IMG/VR virus record: IMGVR_UViG_3300045988_070690
Span: 1-37,095 of that record
Source of the DNA: a virus
Length of the DNA stretch: 37,095 nucleotides
Reading direction: 5' to 3' (one strand)
Position numbers and translations under genes: made by a program. Positions 7,616-15,394 of this stretch are shown one piece after another. Each line of letters starts with the position of its first letter. Positions within the stretch are counted from its first letter, which is position 1. Under the pieces are notes generated by a model that did no database searches, was not told the DNA's origin, and saw nothing but the letters and a program-made list of their open reading frames with translations.

Positions 7616-8947
7616 CTACATCCTTTCATCTTTGTACAATTTTCCTTTTCCGCCGTTCGTTTTTGGCTCAGGCGGCGTGACTTCCACAGCATGCCCAGAC
7701 GTTCCGGCAGCCGCCGTGCTCGCTTGCTGTTTCTGCTGCTTCTGCCGTTTCGCCGCATGGACAGCTTTCTGCGATGCACTCCGTCCGAAGCCGTCCACTT
7801 GCTCCCGAAACGTATCCCGCCGCCGTCCGGTCTGATTACAAAACATTCTCAGCTGCTTTTCAGTTTCTTTCAGCTTTACCGCGTTTGCTTCGTAGTCTTC
7901 TTGCAACGCGGTTTTCATTTCTTCGTTCGGAGCATTTTCCACAGCAGTCTGTGCCGCCAGTGTACGCCGTTTCAACGCCCGCACATCACGTTCACCGGCA
8001 CGCTGCATTTGGCTTACCTCATACTCCGTGTATTTCTTGCCGTTGTACGGGACATTTCTTTCGTTCAGCTTTTCGATCTGCTCCTGCGTATAATTTGGTC
8101 TGGAAATGCCTTTATAGTACGCATGCCAGTCATGGCGGCAGTTCCAACCCTTGAATCCATCGCCAGAGCCGTAGCCGATTTCATGCAGCGTGTACACACG
8201 CAGCCCGTCTATGGTTTTTCCCGCGTCTTCGCCGGTCAGCGTGACAAGCTGCCCTTGCCACCTTGCATGCTCCGGTCTGGCACCGCTGTGTGCTGTCAGT
8301 TCCATAAGATGACAGCCCGATTCTTCTGCATACGTCTTAGATACTGCCACAGAAGTCTGCCCCACACCTGTCAGCGTACAGCGTCGCACTGCCACGTCTA
8401 TGCGGTCACGGTGGCCGGTGGGATAGGTCACATATACACCGGTGTCTGCAAGGCTGCGTACAGCCGTCCGTATCGCTTCTTGATAGCTGAACGCCCCAGA
8501 GGACACCTGCATATAAGACCTGTCACAAGCGTCGTAGAACGCCTGCTGTGTGGTGCTTGCCGTGGTACTCACGAGATTTCGCAGCGTTTTCTGCGTCTTG
8601 CGATAGCCTGCTTCCAGCACACGCCGCATAGGATTGCTCTGCCGGATATTGACCGGCGGCTGTTCTGCGGTTTCATGTATGTCACTTTCGATATTGACAG
8701 TTTCCACTCCCGCATCTTCAAAAAGAGCTTTCACGGCTGCGGAGCAGGCATCTGTCCTGATTGCGATGATCTGCACAATGTCTTCATAAAGCAAGCCAGC
8801 TTGCTGTAAAATTTCTGCTTGATACTTTGTCGTATCAGACACTTTTCCCATACGCATCATACGCCGTATCATAGCAGTGATGATGTCATCTTCCAGCATC
8901 TGATACAGTGCCACAACGCGATCTGCATTTGGCTCGTAGTTACGCAT
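7616..8947 (-). CDS. Minor head protein (SPP1 gp7 / Mu F-like head morphogenesis)
   Basis: 443 aa. HSGARPEHARWQGQ..GWNCRHDWHAYY is the Mu-F/gp7 core. It lies directly downstream of the portal gene. Confidence 0.8.
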   Translation of the reverse strand: MRNYEPNADRVVALYQMLEDDIITAMIRRMMRMGKVSDTTKYQAEILQQAGLLYEDIVQIIAIRTDACSAAVKALFEDAGVETVNIESDIHETAEQPPVNIRQSNPMRRVLEAGYRKTQKTLRNLVSTTASTTQQAFYDACDRSYMQVSSGAFSYQEAIRTAVRSLADTGVYVTYPTGHRDRIDVAVRRCTLTGVGQTSVAVSKTYAEESGCHLMELTAHSGARPEHARWQGQLVTLTGEDAGKTIDGLRVYTLHEIGYGSGDGFKGWNCRHDWHAYYKGISRPNYTQEQIEKLNERNVPYNGKKYTEYEVSQMQRAGERDVRALKRRTLAAQTAVENAPNEEMKTALQEDYEANAVKLKETEKQLRMFCNQTGRRRDTFREQVDGFGRSASQKAVHAAKRQKQQKQQASTAAAGTSGHAVEVTPPEPKTNGGKGKLYKDERM

Positions 8948-10269
8948 CAGAATCCACCGCCGCCGAACAGCCCGCCGTCATCTGTCTGCTCCGGTATGTA
9001 TTCCGACGCATCTTCTACAGTGCAACCCATAGCGTAGGAGATCAGATACTCAGGCTTCAACAGCCTTGCATTGCACATCTGCAACCGTCGCTGGAACTCC
9101 TTGTCTGTATCCTCCAGAACGCTGTCACCCCAGTTGCAAGCCAGTGTACACGTCCCTTGTGGTGCAAGACGATACAGTGTCGCATACACGTCCATAGCAT
9201 ATACCAGCTGCCGCAGAGCGTGTTCTAACGAATTCTGCATAGCGGATACATGCACATAGCTACGTTGCTTAGAAGTGCGTATCTCCTCTGCTGTCTTTTC
9301 AACGTCCTGCGGTTCAGAGATCGTCCCATACGCCAGACCGACATTGAACTCAATCCGCTGCAAGATATGATTCAGACCGTTGAAAAGCGACGTATCGCGG
9401 ATTGCAGGAGCGTACACTTGCATCATCTTGGTGATGTCCGCATTTTCCCCGAAGTCATACTTCCGGAACAACCGCTTTTTACCTTTGGGAAGTGTCAGCC
9501 GCTTTTCCGCTTTTTTGTCCGCTGCTGAAAAATCGAAAAGGTCCACTGACGCATCAACCGCCATTTCCGAAGCGTCATACTCCCACGTGATTTTCCGCCA
9601 CTGCTCGTCCGCCTGCTGTATCAAGTCCACGGCGTTGGCATATACCGACACACCAACCGCAGAATCCATGTCCACGCGGTTAGAAGCTGGCACGCGGAAC
9701 ACCGCAAACAGCGGAGCAGATACGTTTTCGATTTCTTGATGCGGCTGCAGCTGCTCCCAGCCTTCCACATCTGACAAGTCGCAAGATACCCCAAGAGAAT
9801 CCACGCCGATCGACCGGTACGCCTGATTTTCAACAGTATAGCGTTTGGTCACAGCGTCCCAGCTGTGGAACTCCAGACGCGTGTAGTATACTTTCCCGAC
9901 AGTCTTACGTGCCATAAAAACCGCGGCGGTCACATCACCGTTGGCATCAAAAGCAGTTGGAACGTATCTGTCTGCTCGAACCATATCTACCAGTATTTCA
10001 TCACCGGACACATACGGCTTAAAAGCCATGCTCCCAAGTGCACACGCCACTTCCGCCTTTTCGGAAAACTTCGCCAGAAAGCTGTCTATCTGCTTCCCGA
10101 GAAATTCCGCTCTGCCGTTGCTTTCCTCTATGTGTATATCGGATTCTGCCAGCATCAGCCGTGCAAACTCTGATGCAATCCCAGCTGGCAAGCCTAAGGC
10201 TCCACAGTCATCGCCGATTTCATAGATCGTTTGCCACTTTTCCAGTGCGGTCTGCATACGAGTAGACAC
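8947..10269 (-). CDS. Portal protein
   Basis: 440 aa located between TerL and the gp7-like gene. Resembles A118-type portal proteins (FKPYVSGDEILVDMVRADRYVPTAFD). The start codon (GTG at 10269 versus ATG at 10257) is uncertain. Confidence 0.85.
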   Translation of the reverse strand: MSTRMQTALEKWQTIYEIGDDCGALGLPAGIASEFARLMLAESDIHIEESNGRAEFLGKQIDSFLAKFSEKAEVACALGSMAFKPYVSGDEILVDMVRADRYVPTAFDANGDVTAAVFMARKTVGKVYYTRLEFHSWDAVTKRYTVENQAYRSIGVDSLGVSCDLSDVEGWEQLQPHQEIENVSAPLFAVFRVPASNRVDMDSAVGVSVYANAVDLIQQADEQWRKITWEYDASEMAVDASVDLFDFSAADKKAEKRLTLPKGKKRLFRKYDFGENADITKMMQVYAPAIRDTSLFNGLNHILQRIEFNVGLAYGTISEPQDVEKTAEEIRTSKQRSYVHVSAMQNSLEHALRQLVYAMDVYATLYRLAPQGTCTLACNWGDSVLEDTDKEFQRRLQMCNARLLKPEYLISYAMGCTVEDASEYIPEQTDDGGLFGGGGF

Positions 10270-10328
10270 CGGCTGCTCTGCGTTTGGTCTGTTCCGAAAC
10301 AGCCAGTTTCCAAGAATCTGAAAAATGT

Positions 10329-11594
10329 TTATCGTTTTTCCTCACCTCTTACCTGTCGAATCGTTCGCCGCATCGCTGTCCGAACAAAATATCGCATATC
10401 ATCCATGGCGTGGTCGTTTTCTTTCAGTACCACATCATGGGATTGCTTTTCGTTCCAGCGGTACAGTCCGAATTCTCGAATCGTATCTGCACAGCAGCTG
10501 CAAAAATGCAAGTACCCGCTTTGCAAAAGAACTGACGTATCTCGTATCCCGTCCAAAACGCTGTTGTCTGCCTGCTTCACTCGCATTCTTCCGTGCCGTC
10601 TGATACAAGCGATAAACGATGCTGCTGACGGGTCAACGATGACCGCACGTATTTCGTCGATATGCTTTCCTGCCAGCTGCTCCAACGCTTTGTAGTGCTC
10701 CTCATCGGTTCGCGGCGTTCCGTCACGTCCGCTGTAGTAGTACTCCTGCAGCCGTGTGGCGTGTCCGGTAGTATCCAGATACCACAAGCCTGCACTTGTC
10801 GGGTTCAGAGTGCCGTAGTCACAAGAGATAAAGTAATCCCCACCTGGGAGCAGTTCGACCGTATCCGGTACAACATGCTGCTGCTTGTCAAACATGGTGT
10901 ATACGGTTCCTTCTGCGACCACCCATTGCCCTTGAATGTATCTGTCGTAAAATACGCCTGCATACATGCCTTCTGCACGGCGGATTTTTTCCGCGGTCAT
11001 GATCGGGTTATCCCACATCGTAAAGTGCAAATGAAGTACGTCGCTTCTTTCGCCGTTGTCCGCTTTTTGTATCCAATCTTTGTAAAACCAGTGTTCTGGG
11101 CTGTCCGGATTGCAGTTAAACCACAGCCGCGTACCGTCTACAGACAAGGTACGAGCGATCGCCTGATTTACGAAGCTTTCCGGCATAAGTGCCACTTCAT
11201 CAAAAAGCACTCCCGCCAGCGTCATGCCCTGCACAAGCTTGTAAGAGCCTTCGTCTTTTCCACCGAAAACATAAAATCTGTTGCTTTTTCCGCAGCCGGA
11301 AACTGTCATTAGGTGAGAATCCCCACCTACATACGACACATCGTAGTAGTGTGTGATGTCTACCATTTGCATAATTTCCATGATGATATTGCGTTCCGCT
11401 GATTTTACGGTGTTTCCGCAGATTGCGAACCGTTCTCCGTTAAACCGCGACATCGCCCAGTGGATAAAGCTACACGCCATTGCCGCAGTCTTGCCGGACC
11501 GGACAGAGCCGTCACAGATCAAGGCGTAAGCTTCTGGACGATATGCCCACCGAAACACCGTTTTTTGCTTTTTTGAAAGTTTCTCAAACGTCAT
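10329..11594 (-). CDS. terL: Terminase large subunit (PBSX-type, probably headful packaging)
   Basis: 421 aa. Walker A motif CDGSVRSGKT, then the nuclease half. Overlaps the TerS stop codon. Confidence 0.9.
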   Translation of the reverse strand: MTFEKLSKKQKTVFRWAYRPEAYALICDGSVRSGKTAAMACSFIHWAMSRFNGERFAICGNTVKSAERNIIMEIMQMVDITHYYDVSYVGGDSHLMTVSGCGKSNRFYVFGGKDEGSYKLVQGMTLAGVLFDEVALMPESFVNQAIARTLSVDGTRLWFNCNPDSPEHWFYKDWIQKADNGERSDVLHLHFTMWDNPIMTAEKIRRAEGMYAGVFYDRYIQGQWVVAEGTVYTMFDKQQHVVPDTVELLPGGDYFISCDYGTLNPTSAGLWYLDTTGHATRLQEYYYSGRDGTPRTDEEHYKALEQLAGKHIDEIRAVIVDPSAASFIACIRRHGRMRVKQADNSVLDGIRDTSVLLQSGYLHFCSCCADTIREFGLYRWNEKQSHDVVLKENDHAMDDMRYFVRTAMRRTIRQVRGEEKR

Positions 11595-11961
11595 CGGTGT
11601 CCTCCAACGCTTCCAGCAGCTTCGGCAGTTCCTTTTCTCCGCTGTCGTTTTGCTGCTTCTGCATATACTCGCCTGTCATCTTGTTCAGCGTGTCGATTGC
11701 TTTTATGCGGCACTGCGTGTCATTGATGTCATCTCGTGCGATGTCTGACAAAATGACTTTCCGATCTCGTGCGTCCAAGATGCGTTTGTCTTTCTCTTCC
11801 GATTCCAGTTCCATGATATAGTTTTGCACTTCAACATCTTTCAACAGCCTGTTGGCTTGACTGTACGCCGTCTTTTTACTGTATCCAGCCTTGATTGCTG
11901 ATTCTGTGCCGTTGGAACTGGCTCTGTAATACTCTGCAAATCGCATCTTTCTCGGGTTCAT
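11584..11961 (-). CDS. terS: Terminase small subunit
   Basis: 125 aa. MNPRKMRFAEYYRASSNGTESAIKAGYSKKTAYSQANRLLKDVEVQNYI is the Terminase_2 HTH signature. Confidence 0.85.
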   Translation of the reverse strand: MNPRKMRFAEYYRASSNGTESAIKAGYSKKTAYSQANRLLKDVEVQNYIMELESEEKDKRILDARDRKVILSDIARDDINDTQCRIKAIDTLNKMTGEYMQKQQNDSGEKELPKLLEALEDTDDV

Positions 11962-11965
11962 TTTC

Positions 11966-12520
11966 TCACCTCATGTGCCGCACCTCGTCAAAAATACCAT
12001 GATACATATCGTACAGTTCCTCGTTTTTTTCAAAGCTAAATTGTTCCATTTTGGGATTTTCGTTCAAATTCGACGATGTTTCGATGACGAATTTCCCAAG
12101 TTCTGTGTCAAACAAAAGCACTTTGCTGTGGTTTGTGTACACCGTCACGTCCCAGCCGTTTGCCTCGCATACAGTCTGCAAGCTGTCGAAATACCCGTAT
12201 TTCTGCCCTACCTTGCTGTCGTTTGACATGATAGAGCCTACGAGAAAATGCACGTAGTCAAGCTTGCCTTTTTTATGCAAAACGTCAAGCACTTTCAAAT
12301 GCTTTTTCCCAACTCTGAGCGTAGACACTTCCATTTTTTTAATTTTGGTCTGTGCCGCGATGTAGTTTACGAAACCGATAGAAGAAAAGCCACCAAACGA
12401 AACAATCTTGTACACCGTATCATCATCTGGCAGCTTTTCAATCAAGTTTTCGATCAGACGTGATTCCCTCACAACATTAAATTTTATACTTTTCTTTTTC
12501 TGTTTTACAATATGTACCAT
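11966..12520 (-). CDS. Single-HKD phospholipase D-family (Nuc-like) nuclease-like protein
   Basis: 184 aa. Contains HSKVLLFD(x9)TSSNLN, i.e. HxKxxxxD followed by an (G/T)SxN-like element. It is visibly more AT-rich than its neighbours. It is the first gene of the late operon, after a GGTGA RBS. Confidence 0.6.
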   Translation of the reverse strand: MVHIVKQKKKSIKFNVVRESRLIENLIEKLPDDDTVYKIVSFGGFSSIGFVNYIAAQTKIKKMEVSTLRVGKKHLKVLDVLHKKGKLDYVHFLVGSIMSNDSKVGQKYGYFDSLQTVCEANGWDVTVYTNHSKVLLFDTELGKFVIETSSNLNENPKMEQFSFEKNEELYDMYHGIFDEVRHMR

Positions 12521-12534
12521 TTTTTCACCTGGGT

Positions 12535-12569
12535 ATAAAAAATGCCTGACAGCATTACACTGTCAGGCA
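12535..12569 (-). terminator. Rho-independent terminator immediately downstream of the late promoter
   Basis: On the minus strand: UGCCUGACAG-guaaug(7-nt loop)-CUGUCAGGCA followed by UUUUUUAU. Perfect 10-bp stem (12543-12552 / 12560-12569). Confidence 0.75.
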
Positions 12570-12587
12570 CAATATTTTATGTTACCA

Positions 12588-12616
12588 ATTATAGCACAAA
12601 CGATGCCGAAAGTCAA
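12588..12616 (-). promoter_or_regulatory. Late promoter, TTGACT-17-TATAAT
   Basis: Minus strand: -35 TTGACT (12611-12616), 17-nt spacer, -10 TATAAT (12588-12593). A -10-like TAAAAT occurs in the first transcribed nucleotides. Confidence 0.7.
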
Positions 12617-13017
12617 GCTTTTTCCAAAAATTTTTCAAAAGCTTTCCGCACTTTATACTGCGATTGCTTCCTACTCACACCACATCGCTCGTTCACTTCT
12701 TCCCATGAGCCTGCAAACGCATAGTACCCAACAATCAATCGCCGCGTAATAATCGGTAAATTTTTTGTCGCTTTTACGACCTCTCTTTCAAGTGGCTTCC
12801 AAATGCATTCACATTTTTCCAATTCTTCCTGCAGCTGCTCCAACTTTTCCATGTACGCTTCCTGCGGTGCAAGCGGTTCACCACGTCCGCGAGGGGCATC
12901 ACCATACCTCATGCCGCTGATGCTTCCGGCAGATGCTTTATGCTCCAGTAAGCGTTTTTTCGCCTTTCTGACATCGACCGCAGCTTTGCGGCATTGCTTT
13001 AGGGTTTCTATGGTCAT
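12613..13017 (-). CDS. Late gene transcription regulator (ArpU/RinA/sigma-70 region 4-like)
   Basis: 134 aa. The C-terminal HTH LPIITRRLIVGYYAFAGSWEEVNERCGVSRKQSQYKVRKAFEKF resembles sigma region 4. It lies immediately upstream of the late promoter and packaging genes. Confidence 0.65.
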   Translation of the reverse strand: MTIETLKQCRKAAVDVRKAKKRLLEHKASAGSISGMRYGDAPRGRGEPLAPQEAYMEKLEQLQEELEKCECIWKPLEREVVKATKNLPIITRRLIVGYYAFAGSWEEVNERCGVSRKQSQYKVRKAFEKFLEKA

Positions 13018-13036
13018 GTGTCATCTTCCTTTCTTT

Positions 13037-13105
13037 CGCTCGTTTTACGCTCGTTTTATGCTCGGCGTGCGTTAACTCGCAAAATGCTAACGCTCGCGTG
13101 CGTTA
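13037..13105. repeat. Short direct-repeat cluster upstream of the late regulator gene
   Basis: CGCTCGTTTTA occurs twice in tandem (13037-13047, 13048-13058). GCGTGCGTTA occurs twice, 31 bp apart (13065-13074, 13096-13105). Confidence 0.5.
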
Positions 13106-13151
13106 CGATCTCCCATGATTTTTGCACTTTCCGCCTCTGCTGTATCCAAGC

Positions 13152-13490
13152 TCAGTTCACCGCCTTATCAGATTTTGGCTCACTATCCACGTAGTTGATG
13201 TCCACGTTGATTTTCAGCTTGTCCACATCAACGCCGTACTCTTTCCGCAAGTGTCTTATCGCATCTTCTGCTGTAACGTCTTTTCCAAGCATCGCCGGCA
13301 TCAGCAGAATTTCCTGCATAGCATCAAACACCCTTGTCAGACGCGTTCTACGCCACCCTAACAGCTTTTCAAGAGTAACAAGCATAACTGCCACCCCTTC
13401 TTTTACACCGTCTTGTATGGCTTCCTGCTGCATCTCTGTGTATGATGCTTCGGAGATGCGAACAGCATAGCGGTCTTTCTTTGCATTCAT
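13152..13490 (-). CDS. Hypothetical protein
   Basis: 112-aa ORF in the co-oriented early operon. No motif recognised. Confidence 0.5.
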   Translation of the reverse strand: MNAKKDRYAVRISEASYTEMQQEAIQDGVKEGVAVMLVTLEKLLGWRRTRLTRVFDAMQEILLMPAMLGKDVTAEDAIRHLRKEYGVDVDKLKINVDINYVDSEPKSDKAVN

Positions 13491-13502
13491 ACATATGCCC
13501 CC

Positions 13503-13652
13503 CTAAAAAGTTACCGTCAAATTTAACACCGCCGCTGCTATCCAGTACACCGCCCGTCTGTAGTCCTTATGCCACAGACACACCGCCGCCGCACCAACGT
13601 CCAGCAAGATCATTGCGATCGGCAGTATCTGCGTGGTGTTGATTTTGGTCAT
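13503..13652 (-). CDS. Small membrane protein (49 aa, two hydrophobic segments)
   Basis: ATG at 13652 follows a GGAGG RBS and forms an ATGA overlap with the upstream stop. Sequence MTKINTTQILPIAMILLDVGAAAVCLWHKDYRRAVYWIAAAVLNLTVTF. Confidence 0.5.
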   Translation of the reverse strand: MTKINTTQILPIAMILLDVGAAAVCLWHKDYRRAVYWIAAAVLNLTVTF

Positions 13653-14120
13653 GGCTGTGCCTCCATAACTTCCTCCCAGCACTCGCGGCAGCCGCAGCCA
13701 CCTTTTTCGCACAGCGTTTCTTCCGAATAGCCGCCAAACAGACTTCGTCTGCATATACAGCTGCGGTCAGCATTTGGAAATTTATCTTTCGGAAAATTTT
13801 CCTCGAAATAATCCGCATATGTTTTGCAGTTTTTCATTTTCGCACCGCAGTACGCACAGAATTTGGTTTTCTTCTCTTGACAGCAACCGCATTTCGCACA
13901 ATAAAAGAATCCTCCGTGCTTGTTCCATTGGCTGTTCTTGTGGTAGTCTGGTGGCTTAACGCGGTCGTTCCACAGTTTTTTCGCATCTTCCAGCGTTCTT
14001 GCTTTTTGCCCTCTGGATTCGCAAATGGTGCACTCAAAAAAAATACTTGCCTTCTGCCAGCACTTCTACTGCTCTGCCACCGCAAAACGGGCAGTACTTC
14101 AAATCATCTTCCTTTTTCAT
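13649..14120 (-). CDS. Lar-family restriction-alleviation-like zinc-ribbon protein, interrupted by an apparent frameshift at an A8/T8 tract (14036-14043)
   Basis: Frame 1 from ATG 14120 reads MKKEDDLKYCPFCGGRAVEVLAEGKYFF then TGA. Shifting +1 continues ECTICESRGQKARTLEDAKKLWNDRVKPP..FYCAKCGCCQEKKTKFCAYCGAKMKNCKTY.. with no stop until 13649. The joined N-terminus fits the Lar pattern (CPFCGG..C..C..eeA...WN.R). Confidence 0.6.
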
Positions 14121-14442
14121 TTTCTTTCACTCCCATCTCTTTCAATTTCTCGCACATCGCAGCCAGCTGGATTGCTTCATATGCTGCATACACCGCGGAG
14201 CCTTCCAGATACTTTGCGTTTATGACCGCACCAGCTTTATCGTCCTGTCTGGTGTCGCTATGTAAGTCCTCGAAAAGCTTTCTGCAGACTTCCGCTTGTT
14301 CTTCCAGTTCTTCCAGCTCCTCGCGGATCACGCTTTCTGCTTCGTGCAGGCTGTGGAATTTTTCCTCGTGCTGTGACTTGCTGAACTCCAGTTCATGACC
14401 GACCAGCTGCAGCACGGCGGTTCTTGTAAAATCACTTATCAT
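14104..14442 (-). CDS. Hypothetical acidic helical protein (weak MazG-like EExxE resemblance)
   Basis: 112 aa from ATG 14442, after a GGAGAAGAAA RBS. HSLHEAESVIREELEELEEQAE. The functional guess is weak. Confidence 0.45.
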   Translation of the reverse strand: MISDFTRTAVLQLVGHELEFSKSQHEEKFHSLHEAESVIREELEELEEQAEVCRKLFEDLHSDTRQDDKAGAVINAKYLEGSAVYAAYEAIQLAAMCEKLKEMGVKENEKGR

Positions 14443-15028
14443 TTTCTTCTCCGATCTCAAAATGAATTTTTGCAGCTTCTACGCATGCCAGATACTCTTT
14501 TGCGTATTTGCTGTTGCCGTGCGTTTCTTTCACCTTCTCCGTAAATTTTTTCAGACTGCCAGTGAAACAACCGCAGCACACATAAACATCTCCGTTTTTG
14601 GTTCTGAGCATGGTTGTATTTCTGTTCTCGCTGCCAAATCCTTTGAAACAGATATAATCTGCATCGCCGGAAACCCGTGCATCGCCGGAAACCCGTGCAT
14701 CGCCGGAAACCAGTGCATCGCCGTAAACCCGTGCATCGCCGGAAACCCGTGCATTGCCGTAAACCCGTGCATCGCCGTAAACCCATGCATCGCCGGAAAC
14801 CAGTGCATCGCCGTAAACCCGTGCATTGCCGTAAACCCGTGCATCGCCGTAAACCCGTGCATCGCCGTAAACCCAGGCGGTGCCATCATGTGACAGGTTT
14901 TCTTCTTTTTCGATATAGCCTCCCAAATCTCCAGCTGTGACATTACCAAAGCTTACAAGTGCCTTAATCTGGAACAACTTTCGCCCAAATCGCATTTTTG
15001 TGTTTGTGGTCAACTCGTATTTTTTCAT
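14432..15028 (-). CDS. Hexapeptide-repeat (left-handed beta-helix-like) phage protein
   Basis: 198 aa. About 13 consecutive G-[DN]-A-x-V-[YS] hexads (GDARVYGDARVYGNARVYGDALVSGDAWVY..) lie between a conserved N-terminus (FGNVTAGDLGGYIEKEENLS) and a Cys-containing C-terminus (VCCGCFTGSLKKF). Confidence 0.7.
   Translation of the reverse strand: MKKYELTTNTKMRFGRKLFQIKALVSFGNVTAGDLGGYIEKEENLSHDGTAWVYGDARVYGDARVYGNARVYGDALVSGDAWVYGDARVYGNARVSGDARVYGDALVSGDARVSGDARVSGDADYICFKGFGSENRNTTMLRTKNGDVYVCCGCFTGSLKKFTEKVKETHGNSKYAKEYLACVEAAKIHFEIGEENDK
14661..14876. repeat. 12 tandem 18-bp units (GCATCGCCGKAAACCCGT) that encode the hexapeptide repeats
   Basis: Counted directly. The units are contiguous and in-frame, with no spacers between them. 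Confidence 0.95.
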
Positions 15029-15034
15029 CTTTTT

Positions 15035-15394
15035 TTACCTCACATTCTCAAAAAATATCACATCGCACCCTTGACAGTACCGCTCTTCAAAAAGCTTTCG
15101 TTTGAGGATATACACTTCATCTTTTCGCGTCGCCTCTGACTTGACATCTTCCACAGTCAGCACGCCGCTTTTCCGATACGCAAAGTCTGCCACGTACCGC
15201 ACCTCTCGCTCTGATCTCCACGGGTACTTGTGCTTCCCGATCAGTATGTACGCCGGCTGTATCTGCAAGTCTGTGATCTCGCCGCGTTCCAGCATCTGAT
15301 GCAGCTCGTTGCACCGCCACGCCTCTTTCTTGCTGTCGTGGACATGTCCTTGTCTGCACTGCATCTTGCTGGCATTGTACTTGCTGCGTTTCAT
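15035..15394 (-). CDS. DUF1064-family protein (putative endonuclease/resolvase-like)
   Basis: 119 aa. SKYNASK..HDSKKEAWRCNELHQMLERGEITDLQIQP..YVADFAY..VEDVK matches the DUF1064 pattern. Confidence 0.7.
   Translation of the reverse strand: MKRSKYNASKMQCRQGHVHDSKKEAWRCNELHQMLERGEITDLQIQPAYILIGKHKYPWRSEREVRYVADFAYRKSGVLTVEDVKSEATRKDEVYILKRKLFEERYCQGCDVIFFENVR

Noticed and set aside
5344-8809. Very long plus-strand ORFs 5344-6489 (381 aa) and 7277-8809 (510 aa)
   Set aside because: They are antisense shadows of the major capsid and gp7-like genes, whose minus-strand translations carry clear family motifs. The plus-strand products are Cys/Arg/Phe-rich nonsense.
13834-14085. Track ORF of 83 aa (MRWQSSRSAGRRQVFF...)
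   Set aside because: It is a wrong-frame reading through the Lar-like gene. It has a TTG start without an RBS and an Arg/Thr-rich product. The two other frames together give a coherent zinc-ribbon protein.
14661-14876. Regular 18-bp repeat array as a possible CRISPR or regulatory array
   Set aside because: The units are contiguous with no spacers. They are in-frame within a 198-aa ORF and translate to a canonical hexapeptide repeat. The overlapping track ORFs in other frames (14457-14786, 14462-14893, 14551-14949, 14677-14940) are repeat artefacts.
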